Below are positions 10,139-19,268 of a stretch of DNA of 64,000 bases, in pieces. The stretch's first letter is position 1. Every line of letters begins with the position of its first letter. Source of the DNA: a bacterium (GTDB lineage Bacteria; Patescibacteriota; Minisyncoccia; Phycocordibacterales; UBA2100). The notes below the pieces were generated by a model. That model was not told where the DNA came from. It did no database searches and worked only from the letters and a program-made list of their open reading frames with translations. The stretch lies in the NCBI GenBank assembly GCA_030647655.1, contig JAUSJH010000006.1, forward strand, positions 3,737 to 67,736, written 5' to 3'. Made by a program: the position numbers and the translations under genes.

Positions 10139-10417
10139 ATGGTTTACGCGGTGTACATTCTTTACAGTCAAAAAGATAAGCGGCTGTATGTAGGGTGTAC
10201 GTCAAACTTGAAAGAACGTCTACGTAGACATCAAGCTGGACAAGTGCAGGCAACAAAACTGAGAAGGCCGCTTGTCTTAATCCGCGAAGAGAGTTCCGAG
10301 AATAAAACAGACGCTTTCAAACGGGAGCGATTCCTCAAATCTCTCTGGGGCTCTCGCGAGAAAAAGAAAATCTTAAAACGGTATTTGGATGGGCTAAACC
10401 CTAGAGCAAATCTTTGA
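10139..10417 (+). CDS. GIY-YIG nuclease family protein
   Basis: VYILYSQKDKRLYVGCTSNLKERLRRHQ matches the GIY-YIG motif; 92 aa. Confidence 0.7.
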   Translation: MVYAVYILYSQKDKRLYVGCTSNLKERLRRHQAGQVQATKLRRPLVLIREESSENKTDAFKRERFLKSLWGSREKKKILKRYLDGLNPRANL

Positions 10418-10455
10418 TTTGCTCGGGTCGCCCGAACATGCAAAGCATGTTCTAG

Positions 10456-10837
10456 GGGGGTGACTGGCTTCGACAAGGAAATCGACATATATGTGCGCGG
10501 GGCAAAGCTGTAGTTGCTTTTCAACCGCTACACAATTCAAGTGCGAACAAAGTAGCACGTGCGGTTCTCTCACCTATTCAGGTGTCTGACCTGCAGTTCG
10601 CTTACGCGTTAGCCTAAGCGACCGTCCGCCAGTTCAACGCTTGATCAGAGCTGAACGGGCGTCACTTCATTCAAGCACTGATGTCGTAGGTCCGGACGAT
10701 ATCTAAGATGAGGACTCGGCGGTATACGATTCTGTTCATCTCATACGTATGCCGCTTAAATCAAAAGATGTTCTACGCTTCGTAGACACGCATATACTGT
10801 TTTTCCTTGGACGGGGGTTCGATGCCCCCCACCTCCA
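10456..10837 (+). ncRNA. ssrA: tmRNA (transfer-messenger RNA)
   Basis: 5' GGGGGUGACUGG...CGACAAGG resembles tmRNA 5' ends. 3' end GGACGGGGGUUCGAUGCCCCCCACCUCCA gives a T arm and acceptor strand pairing with the 5' end (including G3:U70). An internal frame ends ...DLQFAYALA-stop, a plausible tag peptide. Lies 40 nt after the GIY-YIG gene downstream of smpB. Confidence 0.75.
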
Positions 10838-10886
10838 CTCGATTCGGCCATATAAAATGGCCTCACTCGTGGCAAGCCACAAAATC

Positions 10887-10916
10887 AAAAGACCGCCAAG
10901 GGGCGGTCTTTTGATT
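10887..10916 (+). terminator. rho-independent terminator after tmRNA
   Basis: AAAAGACCGCC-AAGG-GGCGGUCUUUUGAUU hairpin followed by a U run. Confidence 0.5.
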
Positions 10917-10929
10917 ACCCACACGCTCT

Positions 10930-11049
10930 CTACTCCTCTGCTTCTATCTTCGAACGATTGGACGGGCACTTTTTGCCGCAGCCGGTGCACTTCTCATCAC
11001 CTGGCTTGCACGTGCTGTGCTCACCGCAGTTGCATTCATCTTCACTCAT
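10930..11049 (-). CDS. small cysteine-rich protein (39 aa), putative
   Basis: Manual translation: MSEDECNCGEHSTCKPGDEKCTGCGKKCPSNRSKIEAEE-stop; CxC...CxxC spacing suggests metal binding; below the ORF-track length cut-off. Confidence 0.2.
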   Translation of the reverse strand: MSEDECNCGEHSTCKPGDEKCTGCGKKCPSNRSKIEAEE

Positions 11050-11112
11050 AAAAAATTATTAGCCTATTAATCACCTCAAATGGTATCCCCGCCCGCCAAT
11101 CTGTAAAGAACG

Positions 11113-11805
11113 CTATCTTTTCCTCTCAAACGAAACCTCTTGCGGTCCGGCAGAGTACGGTGCGACCTGGTATGGTTGGAAAATAAAGGTTACTTTGCCT
11201 GCCGATATCAGGAACGAGCTGAAATTCTCAGGGTTGGAATTTGCTCCCTCGGCAAAAAAGGTCTCACCCAGCCTCTCTTTCAATTGTGCGCTCACCGCAA
11301 CGGAGACCTGCTGAGCGGTTAGCTTTATCATTTTGAACGCATCATCTTGGAGAAGCTGTTTGCCGCTTATGCGGTCAAAATTTAATCCACTGAAGAGCGA
11401 GTTCGGGTGTGCACCGCCAGTGTATTGCGAGATAACGAGCTTGAAGGAGACAACGTCGGGCCCGACATAGGGAGATTCGTACCGAACGGTGAGCTCATTT
11501 TGCGGAGAGCTCATGCCCGGAGGATTCGGCGGAAGTGTCTTGAATTCCGCGATAGTGTCGTTCACGATTTTTCCTACCTTGGCATCGATTGCGGAAATGC
11601 CAAACTTCGGATACTGCACGTCTATCGTGTACACAGACGTTTCTTCGTTCACATTCGCTGTCGTAATCTGCACACTTTGCGGAGTTGTCGTGGCGACACC
11701 TGTGTTTTGTGCCTGTAGCTCCGGCTGCACGCGTGTCGCGACGAAGTAGCCTATGCCAAGTGCAAGAGCAGCAACAACAATGTATCCCGCAAAGCGACCC
11801 ATGTC
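11113..11805 (-). CDS. DUF3298/DUF4163 domain protein (RsiV/PdaC-like), membrane-anchored
   Basis: N-terminal TM (YIVVAALALGIGYFV); C-terminal YTGGAHPNSL and surrounding region typical of DUF3298; start at internal Met. Confidence 0.55.
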   Translation of the reverse strand, partial: DMGRFAGYIVVAALALGIGYFVATRVQPELQAQNTGVATTTPQSVQITTANVNEETSVYTIDVQYPKFGISAIDAKVGKIVNDTIAEFKTLPPNPPGMSSPQNELTVRYESPYVGPDVVSFKLVISQYTGGAHPNSLFSGLNFDRISGKQLLQDDAFKMIKLTAQQVSVAVSAQLKERLGETFFAEGANSNPENFSSFLISAGKVTFIFQPYQVAPYSAGPQEVSFERKR

Positions 11806-11967
11806 TTGAGTATACCCCGTGAGATACGTCTGCCATATTTTGCTCCATAATCCGCCGAATATATATCTCACGGGGTATATCAAACCCGCCCGCTACGCGA
11901 CAAAGCCGCCCCTCGATCCGCCGATTGGCGAACTCAGGGCGGCTTTTGCACGATATCCAAAACCGAA

Positions 11968-12480
11968 TTACATCTCGATGCCCACCGTCACACTGACATT
12001 CCCGTCTCCAGTTTCAGCGATGTAGGCACCTACGGTGCGCGTGTCTTTCGTCGCCGAGACGACTGTGGCACCGGCCACGTTGGTCGTACCATGAATGGTC
12101 CAGCCCGCTGAGGTGAGTTGTTGTTTATAGTAATCTGCGACGCTCTGAACGGAAGCGTTCACGGTGTAGGAAACCGCGGAGCCCGATGTGCCGGTCTGCG
12201 GGTTCGAGGTGCCTGAGTAAACTATTGCCGCGCCCGTATAGTTTGCAGGAGCGTCCGATGGCCAATTCGCCGGCATACTTGCGCTGGTGCCGACCGTCAC
12301 GCTTCCATCGTTGTTGGTGTAAGTGGTTGAGCCGTCGGCATTCAGACTGCCGCCCGCCACGCCGCCTAACCCTCGCGTAACGAGCCACCCGAGGAGAAGC
12401 AAAATTACGATACCGCCGATAATGTACCACATCTTGTTTGAGCCCGATGTGGAAGGTGTGTTTGTGTTTCCTTCTGGCAT
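11968..12480 (-). CDS. hypothetical membrane-anchored Ser/Thr/Gly-rich protein
   Basis: One N-terminal TM helix (WYIIGGIVILLLLGWLV) then a low-complexity extracellular region; no family recognised. Confidence 0.4.
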   Translation of the reverse strand: MPEGNTNTPSTSGSNKMWYIIGGIVILLLLGWLVTRGLGGVAGGSLNADGSTTYTNNDGSVTVGTSASMPANWPSDAPANYTGAAIVYSGTSNPQTGTSGSAVSYTVNASVQSVADYYKQQLTSAGWTIHGTTNVAGATVVSATKDTRTVGAYIAETGDGNVSVTVGIEM

Positions 12481-12539
12481 ATTAATACTGTTACGTTGCT
12501 AAGTTCCTCCAGTCTCCCACTCGTGCTCTTGATGTGCAA

Positions 12540-14018
12540 CTAGACGTGCGCGGTTATATATTTCTTGATTAGCTCGGCATCCGCGTCATATACCTCGAAT
12601 CGCTCGGGAAGTGTGACGAGGCTCTTGAAGTGCACTGGTAGATCCGGGTCGCGCCCGATTGCTTCGCGGATAGTATTGGCAAATTTTGTGGGTAATGCGG
12701 TTTCAAGACATATCAAGGGAACATCTGCCTCGCGATGTTTGAGCCCGGTTGTTACTCCATCCGCTGTATGCGGGTCTATCAACACATCATATTTTTCCCA
12801 GATAGAGCGTATCGTGTTCAGACGCTCGGCATGTGTGCTTGAGCCCGCAATAATGCCTGTCTCGGAGATGCGCGAGAAATCCGGCGAGCCGGAAATGTCG
12901 AAGGCCCCTTTGGTTTGTAAATTGCCCCAGAGTTCCTGCATACGCGAGCGATCGCGGAGGATGAGATCAAATACATACCGCTCAAAATTCGATGCCTTCG
13001 AAATATCCATCGAGGGGCTTGAGGTGACCGCAACTTCGCCCCCCTTTCGCGGACGATACACGCCTCCAGTTTTTCCGCCCGAGGCGGATCCTCCTCCGGA
13101 GGAGAAGAATTCCTCGAGCACATTGTTCTCATTCGTCGCAAGGATAAGTTGTTTGATGGGAAGTCCCATGCATCGCGCCACGTGCCCCGCAAGAATGTCG
13201 CCGAAGTTTCCCGTAGGCACGGCATATGAGACGCGTTCGACATTCGAGCTTGTTGCGCGGAAATATCCCCAAAAGTAGTACACGACTTGCGATGCGATAC
13301 GCGCCCAGTTGATGGAATTGACTGCGCCGAGCTTGTACCGCTTTTTGAATTCTGAATCTCTATTCACCTGCTTTACGACATCCTGACAATCATCGAACGT
13401 ACCTCTAATGGCGATATTGAAAATATTTTCATCGGGCAAAGTATACATCTGCTTGCGCTGAAAATCGCTCATGCGACCCAAGGGTGAGAGCATGAAAACA
13501 CGGACACCCACTCTTCCGCGCATCGCGTACTCGGCCGCCGAGCCGGTGTCGCCGGAGGTCGCACCGAGGATATTAAGACGTTCCCCACTCTGTGCGAGCG
13601 CGTATTCGAATGCCCGACCAAGGAACTGCAGTGCGATGTCTTTGAACGCGAGTGTGGGGCCTTCGGAAAGATCAAGGAGATACAGCCCTGCTTCAAGTTT
13701 TTTAAGTGGCACAATATTATCGCTCCCGAAAATTTCTTTGGTGTACGTATCGAAAATGATTTTCCGTAGATCAGCCGGCGGGATGCCGTCGGCAAATTTC
13801 GAGAGAATCACGTACGCAAGCTCCGGATAACTCATCCGGCGCATCGTCTCAAGCTCCTGCGGGGAAAGTTGTGGGTATTTCTCGGGAACATACAAACCGC
13901 CATCCGGAGCAAGCCCTTCGAGAAGGATCTTGAGAAACGGCTGCGGAGCTCCTCCGCCCCGTGTCGAGATGTAGCGCATGAGTTGAATACTACCGACAAT
14001 TGACCGCTTTTCAATCAT
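12540..14018 (-). CDS. thrC: threonine synthase (long form)
   Basis: MRYISTRGG start region, PLP-lysine motif TLAFKD, SGDTGSA glycine loop; start ambiguous (14018 or 13979). Confidence 0.8.
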   Translation of the reverse strand: MIEKRSIVGSIQLMRYISTRGGGAPQPFLKILLEGLAPDGGLYVPEKYPQLSPQELETMRRMSYPELAYVILSKFADGIPPADLRKIIFDTYTKEIFGSDNIVPLKKLEAGLYLLDLSEGPTLAFKDIALQFLGRAFEYALAQSGERLNILGATSGDTGSAAEYAMRGRVGVRVFMLSPLGRMSDFQRKQMYTLPDENIFNIAIRGTFDDCQDVVKQVNRDSEFKKRYKLGAVNSINWARIASQVVYYFWGYFRATSSNVERVSYAVPTGNFGDILAGHVARCMGLPIKQLILATNENNVLEEFFSSGGGSASGGKTGGVYRPRKGGEVAVTSSPSMDISKASNFERYVFDLILRDRSRMQELWGNLQTKGAFDISGSPDFSRISETGIIAGSSTHAERLNTIRSIWEKYDVLIDPHTADGVTTGLKHREADVPLICLETALPTKFANTIREAIGRDPDLPVHFKSLVTLPERFEVYDADAELIKKYITAHV

Positions 14019-14074
14019 GCCGCATAGTTGCCACGGGCCAATCGTTCTCAAATCAACAGCCTGTGGGGAATTGC

Positions 14075-14374
14075 ATGAAAAACTATCCTGGCTTTGATGC
14101 GGGTATACCCGTGGCACTTGCCGTGGACATCAGCGAAATCGAAGAAGAACTCATCGCCATACGAGGGTTCCTTCAAAAACGCATCGCCGCTGCCGCCAAT
14201 GCAGGAGAGAAGGCAACACCCGAGCTGCAAATTCAGCTCGACCGAGAGCTCGCCAACGAGCTGCGTAATCATTCGGGATTCAGTAAACAAGATGTGTTGC
14301 GGATCAACTATGAGCTGACCGAGTTCTGCGTCTATATCACCGACCCGGAAGGCCGCAAGTATAGAATCGAGTAA
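14075..14374 (+). CDS. hypothetical protein
   Basis: 99-aa ORF from MKNYPGFD..., followed by a strong terminator; no family recognised. Confidence 0.35.
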   Translation: MKNYPGFDAGIPVALAVDISEIEEELIAIRGFLQKRIAAAANAGEKATPELQIQLDRELANELRNHSGFSKQDVLRINYELTEFCVYITDPEGRKYRIE

Positions 14375-14397
14375 TCGAGGTGCCTGAGGGAGAAACT

Positions 14398-14448
14398 GGG
14401 CGCGGCGGTGAGGAAATGTCCTCACTGCCGCGCCCGCTATTTTTTTGA
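14398..14448 (+). terminator. rho-independent terminator
   Basis: GGGCGCGGCGGUGAGGA-AAUG-UCCUCACUGCCGCGCCC followed by a run of seven U. Confidence 0.6.
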
Positions 14449-14502
14449 ACGCCCGCCTGCGCTGAAGCTCCTGCCTGCGCTGAAGCTTCGGCAGGCAGGT
14501 CG

Positions 14503-15303
14503 GTGGGCAGGTATACTCTTCACATGAATATGCGTTCTATTTTGCAAATTGGTGGTGGAATTGTGCTCGGAATTTTAATCGGCGTTTTCCTAGTGGGCCG
14601 AACTACAGCGCCTGTCTTTAAGAGCGTGTCAATTGCCTCCCCCGCGGCGTCTGCAGTATCTACGAATGCGCCCACAGCGGCTGGCACTTACCCCGTCGTG
14701 AAAGTCGTCGATGGCGATACGCTCGCTATCCTGATGAATGGAAAAAGCGTAACACTGCGACTTATTGGGCTCGACACGCCGGAGACGGTAGACCCGCGCA
14801 AGCCCGTGCAGTGCTTCGGGAAAGAGGCGTCGGAGGAAGCGAAAGAGGTGCTCGCCGGCAAGACGGTTCGCCTAGAAATGGACCCGTCGCAGGGAGAGCT
14901 TGATAAATACGGTCGCACGCTCGCGTATGTGTTCCTGTCAGACGGAATGTCTTTCAACAAGTACATGATATCCGAGGGCTACGGGCACGAATATACTTAT
15001 AATCTGCCGTACAAATACCAGAGCGAATTCAAAGCGGCAGAAAAACAAGCGCGTGAGGAGAAAAAAGGATTGTGGGGGCTAGAACAATCGCAAAGCGATT
15101 GTTCGCCCGAACCTGTCTCGCCGAGCGAGACAGGTTTTAGGGCAGATGGTACCCATGATTGTTCCCGCAACACTTATAACTGCTCAAGCTTCAAAACGCA
15201 GTCGGAAGCCCAGCGGGTGTTCGACCTCTGCGGCGGCACTGCGAACGATGTCCACAAACTCGACAGCGATAAGGATGGCAGGGTGTGCGAAAGCCTGCCC
15301 TGA
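14503..15303 (+). CDS. secreted thermonuclease (SNase-like) with C-terminal Excalibur calcium-binding domain
   Basis: N-terminal TM/signal; VVDGDTL...RLIGLDTPE...GRTLAYVF nuclease motifs; C-terminal DSDKDGRVCE (Excalibur DxDxDGxxCE). Confidence 0.75.
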   Translation: MGRYTLHMNMRSILQIGGGIVLGILIGVFLVGRTTAPVFKSVSIASPAASAVSTNAPTAAGTYPVVKVVDGDTLAILMNGKSVTLRLIGLDTPETVDPRKPVQCFGKEASEEAKEVLAGKTVRLEMDPSQGELDKYGRTLAYVFLSDGMSFNKYMISEGYGHEYTYNLPYKYQSEFKAAEKQAREEKKGLWGLEQSQSDCSPEPVSPSETGFRADGTHDCSRNTYNCSSFKTQSEAQRVFDLCGGTANDVHKLDSDKDGRVCESLP

Positions 15304-15306
15304 CAT

Positions 15307-16602
15307 GTGTTTTTCTCGGTATACTTAGAACACATGCGCAATCCCGACCTTTCTGTTGCTGTTACTATTGCGACCGCAGTATTCATAAGCGTGGCGGTGT
15401 TTTGTTTGGTCCCGCGTTTTGTGGATGCGGCCGACCTTCCTGCAACAAATCCGGCCGCTTGCAACCAACTATTCGATCTGCCCCAAAATACAATGACGCG
15501 GCCTGCGGACAAGGCACTCATGACCCCGGAAACATGCGATGCTTACTTGTTTCTGCTTCAAAGATACGCCCCGTCGGCCGGCGGCTGTAGCGCACGATAC
15601 GTTCAAAGAACTGCCGGTATCACGAGTCTGAACCCGGATTTTGCCATTCGATTGACAAAAATGTTTCGCGCTGCACCCATGAACATTATGATAATTTCCG
15701 CATATAGGAATCGGCAAGCGCAACAATGCGCAAACCCGAGAGTGACCGACTCAAATCACTCAAAAGGTTTGGCTGTTGACCTTGGATGGGACCAGAAGAG
15801 TTGTAGCTCCTCGGCCTGCCAATGGGTGCTGGCGAACGGCGCTACATTCGGAGTCGGAATTCCTATGCGCTATGGGCCAGAATGGAATCATGTCCAACCG
15901 AGAGGATCCGTGCAGGGTGGGCTTGGTCCCGGGGCGGATGCTTCACAAACTTCTTCGCAACTTTCTGACGCTATTCGCCAAGCTCTCGGCATGCAGCCGC
16001 CTCCACCGCCTCCACCGCCTCCACCGCCTCCTCCTCCACCTCCGATGCAGCCGCAACCAATACTTCCCCCGCAAACCGCGCTCCCCGCACAGCCGACACT
16101 TCCTGCACAACCCACGCTCCCCGCCCAGCCAACGATATTTTCTGAGCAGACACCAATATCAAGTCTGCTTACAATGAATCCAATCGTGATAACACCAACG
16201 ACCACGCGTAGTACAACAACATCAGATACCGGCAACGGTGATTCTATATTCGACCTGATTGAGCAGTATGTAAGTCCAGTGAGCGACTTCATCATTATCG
16301 GCACGGCAACATCCATCTCGCTCAATCCGGATACTGGTGATGCTCTGGTACTTGTAGCGACACGACCGACCTCCACCGCGAATATATTCCCAACGTCTTC
16401 TTCGGTGAATGTGCCCAACACGTTCACGTCCCAAGACCTCGCCAAAAGTCCCATTTCTTCCTCTGTACTCCGACAAAATTCGCTCGTGCTGAAGGTGCTT
16501 GAAGTGATGAAAAATACCCTGCTCTACGCGCTTAACTACCTGAAGCCGTTCGGGGGGAGGACGCCCGGAACAGTACCGCCAGGCAGTGTGTACGCGGATT
16601 AG
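15307..16602 (+). CDS. membrane-anchored VanY/peptidase M15-like zinc hydrolase with polyproline linker and conserved C-terminal domain
   Basis: IISAYRNRQAQQ ... SNHSKGLAVDL matches SxYRxxxxQ...SxHxxGxAxD of M15B/VanY; 17 consecutive Pro; C-terminal 150 aa about 80% identical to the paralog at 16662..17903. Confidence 0.6.
   Translation: MFFSVYLEHMRNPDLSVAVTIATAVFISVAVFCLVPRFVDAADLPATNPAACNQLFDLPQNTMTRPADKALMTPETCDAYLFLLQRYAPSAGGCSARYVQRTAGITSLNPDFAIRLTKMFRAAPMNIMIISAYRNRQAQQCANPRVTDSNHSKGLAVDLGWDQKSCSSSACQWVLANGATFGVGIPMRYGPEWNHVQPRGSVQGGLGPGADASQTSSQLSDAIRQALGMQPPPPPPPPPPPPPPPPMQPQPILPPQTALPAQPTLPAQPTLPAQPTIFSEQTPISSLLTMNPIVITPTTTRSTTTSDTGNGDSIFDLIEQYVSPVSDFIIIGTATSISLNPDTGDALVLVATRPTSTANIFPTSSSVNVPNTFTSQDLAKSPISSSVLRQNSLVLKVLEVMKNTLLYALNYLKPFGGRTPGTVPPGSVYAD
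15997..16048 (+). repeat. (CCGCCTCCA)n short tandem repeat encoding polyproline
   Basis: Direct 9-bp repeats inside the CDS; a shorter analogous repeat lies at 17349..17387 in the paralog. Confidence 0.6.
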
Positions 16603-16661
16603 AGAAAGGTTTTGCTCAGGGTCCGTGTCGAGTCTGAGCGTTTTTTCTGTATACTTCGTCT

Positions 16662-17903
16662 ATGAGTTCGACACGCGCTGAGATCGTTCTAAGAGGCGTA
16701 GTCCTTTTTCTGTTCCTGTTCCTACTAACAACTCCTTTATGGTCACAGGCAGCACTCACACCATGCACCAACGGTCATATAGCAACTCCGCAAGACGTTG
16801 CCGCCGGATACCCAGCTGGCGAGATTGTGTGTCCTCAAGATTATCAAACGACTGGTGTAACGGCTGATAGTGGCGCAGCAAAGCAATATTTAAATACGCA
16901 GTGGTGCCGTGGCGGGCCGTGTACGAAAAATGGTTACGTTTCCAATGTCACGCAACTTGATCCTAAATTCGCTATTTGCGCCGCAAATTTCTTAGAAAAG
17001 TACAAACAAAGAGACCCATCAGTTTGCATACGATGCGCATACCGGAGTCCTGAAATGCAACAAGCAATGTGTGGCTCAGGCTCATCTGGTTGCGCAGCCG
17101 CGAACCAATCAAATCATCCAAAGGGTATCGCAGTTGACTTAGTGCCGAGAAATTTGGATGACATGCAAGCCGCCGTACGCTCATTTTCCGGACTGAGACA
17201 TTTGACCCTTGTGAACGACAAGTGGCATGTCGAGGCCAACAATACGGGTACTTGTGGATTTGGAACTAATGGGGCAAACTCGGGCCCACCATCCGAAAAC
17301 TCACAATCCTCCTCTCTTGCCAACGCCATCCGCCAAGCGCTCGGCATGCCGCCGCCTCCCCCGCCTCCCCCGCCCCCACCTCCGCCATTACAACAGCAAC
17401 CGCAGACACTTCCACAGTCAGCACAACCAACTATTCCATCAGAGTCCCCACAAATCCCGCCCATATCGAGTCTTATATCTTCCACCTCCACGCCGCCACT
17501 TGTATCAACGAACATAAACACCAACGCTAATACAAATACAAACACCGACGCCACCTCCACGTTTGATCTGATTGAGCAGTATGCAAACCCAGTGAGCGAC
17601 TTCATAACTATCGGTACGGCAACATCCATCTCGCTCAATCCGGATACGGGTGACGCCATAGCCCTTAATGCGACAAGGCCGACCTCCACGGCGACAGGGA
17701 CAATCCTGACATCTCTTTCCGTGAATGTGCCCAACACGTTCACGTCCCAAGACCTCGCCAAAAGTCCCATTTCTTCCTCCCTACTGGGACCAAATTCGCT
17801 TGTGCTGAAGGTGCTCGCAGTGATGAAAAACACCCTGATTTACGCGCTTAACTACCTGAAGCCGTTCGGGGGGCGCACAACATCGCCAATGTACAGCGAA
17901 TAA
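16662..17903 (+). CDS. membrane-anchored VanY/peptidase M15-like zinc hydrolase paralog with polyproline linker
   Basis: IRCAYRSPEMQQ ... SNHPKGIAVDL; PPPPPPPPPPPP linker; shared C-terminal domain (FDLIEQY..PVSDFI.IGTATSISLNPDTGDA...NYLKPFGGRT). Confidence 0.6.
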   Translation: MSSTRAEIVLRGVVLFLFLFLLTTPLWSQAALTPCTNGHIATPQDVAAGYPAGEIVCPQDYQTTGVTADSGAAKQYLNTQWCRGGPCTKNGYVSNVTQLDPKFAICAANFLEKYKQRDPSVCIRCAYRSPEMQQAMCGSGSSGCAAANQSNHPKGIAVDLVPRNLDDMQAAVRSFSGLRHLTLVNDKWHVEANNTGTCGFGTNGANSGPPSENSQSSSLANAIRQALGMPPPPPPPPPPPPPLQQQPQTLPQSAQPTIPSESPQIPPISSLISSTSTPPLVSTNINTNANTNTNTDATSTFDLIEQYANPVSDFITIGTATSISLNPDTGDAIALNATRPTSTATGTILTSLSVNVPNTFTSQDLAKSPISSSLLGPNSLVLKVLAVMKNTLIYALNYLKPFGGRTTSPMYSE

Positions 17904-17949
17904 GGAGCCGTTGAGAAAATGCTGATAGGTGCTATAGTCCCCTCAACAA

Positions 17950-18552
17950 ATGGGATTCACTAAGTACACATCGCAGGCGGAAAAAGTGCGCGCACGAATG
18001 AACGAGGGCATCAAAAGCCCCGAGGTACGGGTAATCGGACCGGAGGGCGAGAATTTCGGAGTGCTTCCTATACGTGAGGCGCTCGCAAGAGCCCAAGCGG
18101 CGGGACTCGATCTCATCGAGATATCGCCGAATGCTCAGCCGCCGGTGTGCAAAATCACCGATTATGGCAAATTCAAATACGAGCAGAAGAAAAAAGACAA
18201 AGAGATAAAATCGAAAGCGCATGTTACGGAGACCAAAGTGACGCAGGTGAAGATCGGAACCTCGGAGCGCGACATGCAGATAAAGGCTGGCAAGGCGGCC
18301 GCGTGGCTTAAGGAGGGGCATCGTGTGCGCGTGGACCTTTTCTTGTGGGGCCGCTACAAATACATGGAGTATGAGTTCCTCAAAGAGCGGCTCGAGAGAT
18401 TCCTCGCGGTCATTCCCGAAGGCTTTAAAATAGCCGAGCCTATACAAAAGGGGCTCAAGGGGCTTTCGGTATCCATCGAGCGTGACACTTCAAAGAAAAC
18501 CGCACCGCAAAAGAAAGCACCGGAAATATCGGCATCGTCCGAAAAAGCTTGA
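17950..18552 (+). CDS. infC: translation initiation factor IF-3
   Basis: PEVRVIGPEGENFGVLPIREALARAQAAGLDLIEISPNAQPPVCKITDYGKFKYE... is full-length IF-3; the true start may be a non-ATG codon. Confidence 0.85.
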   Translation: MGFTKYTSQAEKVRARMNEGIKSPEVRVIGPEGENFGVLPIREALARAQAAGLDLIEISPNAQPPVCKITDYGKFKYEQKKKDKEIKSKAHVTETKVTQVKIGTSERDMQIKAGKAAAWLKEGHRVRVDLFLWGRYKYMEYEFLKERLERFLAVIPEGFKIAEPIQKGLKGLSVSIERDTSKKTAPQKKAPEISASSEKA

Positions 18553-18691
18553 AAACTTGCTTTTTCTGAACATCTCGGGCATACTTGCACGACCGCCAAA
18601 GAGCGGTTTTTATCTACCGTAGCGTAGCGAGAGAAGTGGGAAAGTTCACTTTCACACTTCCGAGCCAGCAAGGTAGCATTCGAAGAATCAC

Positions 18692-18880
18692 ATGAAAACA
18701 AACAAATCGTTCACAAAGCGCCTCCGCGTGAGCAAGAACGGCAAAATAGTCGCCCGCGCACCGGGCCAAAATCACTTCAACGCCAAAGAGAGCAGCTCCG
18801 GCCGCATGCGCCGCCGCCGCTCCATTTCCTTCCACGCGGCATTCGACAACACGGCAAAGAGCCGGTTTCTGGGAAATTAA
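18692..18880 (+). CDS. rpmI: 50S ribosomal protein L35
   Basis: MKTNKSFTKRLRVSKNGKIVARAPGQNHFNAKESSSGRMRRRR..., basic 62-aa protein in infC-rpmI-rplT order. Confidence 0.8.
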   Translation: MKTNKSFTKRLRVSKNGKIVARAPGQNHFNAKESSSGRMRRRRSISFHAAFDNTAKSRFLGN

Positions 18881-18898
18881 TAGGTACGACTCACAAGT

Positions 18899-19240
18899 AT
18901 GTCACGAGTAAAGCGCGGAGTAACAAAGAATAAGCGTCGAAAGAATATATTGGCGCAGGTCAAGGGGTATCGCTTCGACCGCAGCAGCAAAGAGCGCATC
19001 GCGAAAGTTGCCATCAAGCACGCTGGTATTCATGCCTTCCGGCACCGACGCGCAAAAAAGCGCGAGTTCCGAAATCTCTGGACCTTGCGGATTAATGCCG
19101 CTGTACGCCCTTTGGGATTCTCGTACTCGAAGTTTATTGACGCTCTTAAAAAGAGCAATGTCGAACTCGATCGCAAGGTCCTATCGGAGCTCGCCAAGGA
19201 TCATCCGGAGGTTTTCGAGCGTCTCGTAAAAATACTGTAG
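18899..19240 (+). CDS. rplT: 50S ribosomal protein L20
   Basis: MSRVKRGVTKNKRRKNILAQVKGY...RINAAVRPLGFSYSKFIDALKK matches L20. Confidence 0.9.
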   Translation: MSRVKRGVTKNKRRKNILAQVKGYRFDRSSKERIAKVAIKHAGIHAFRHRRAKKREFRNLWTLRINAAVRPLGFSYSKFIDALKKSNVELDRKVLSELAKDHPEVFERLVKIL

Positions 19241-19268
19241 TACCATAGAGAGGCTCACGAGCCTCTGC

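Noticed and set aside
10231-11051. ORFs 10231..10524 (-), 10736..10990 (-), 10749..11051 (+)
   Set aside because: They overlap the tmRNA gene and its terminator; proteins are low-complexity with no homology.
12565-13278. 237-aa plus-strand ORF
   Set aside because: Antisense to thrC.
15888-17833. Minus-strand ORFs 15888..16454 and 17114..17833 (poly-Gly products)
   Set aside because: Antisense to the M15-like peptidase genes; the poly-Gly simply mirrors the polyPro-encoding repeat.
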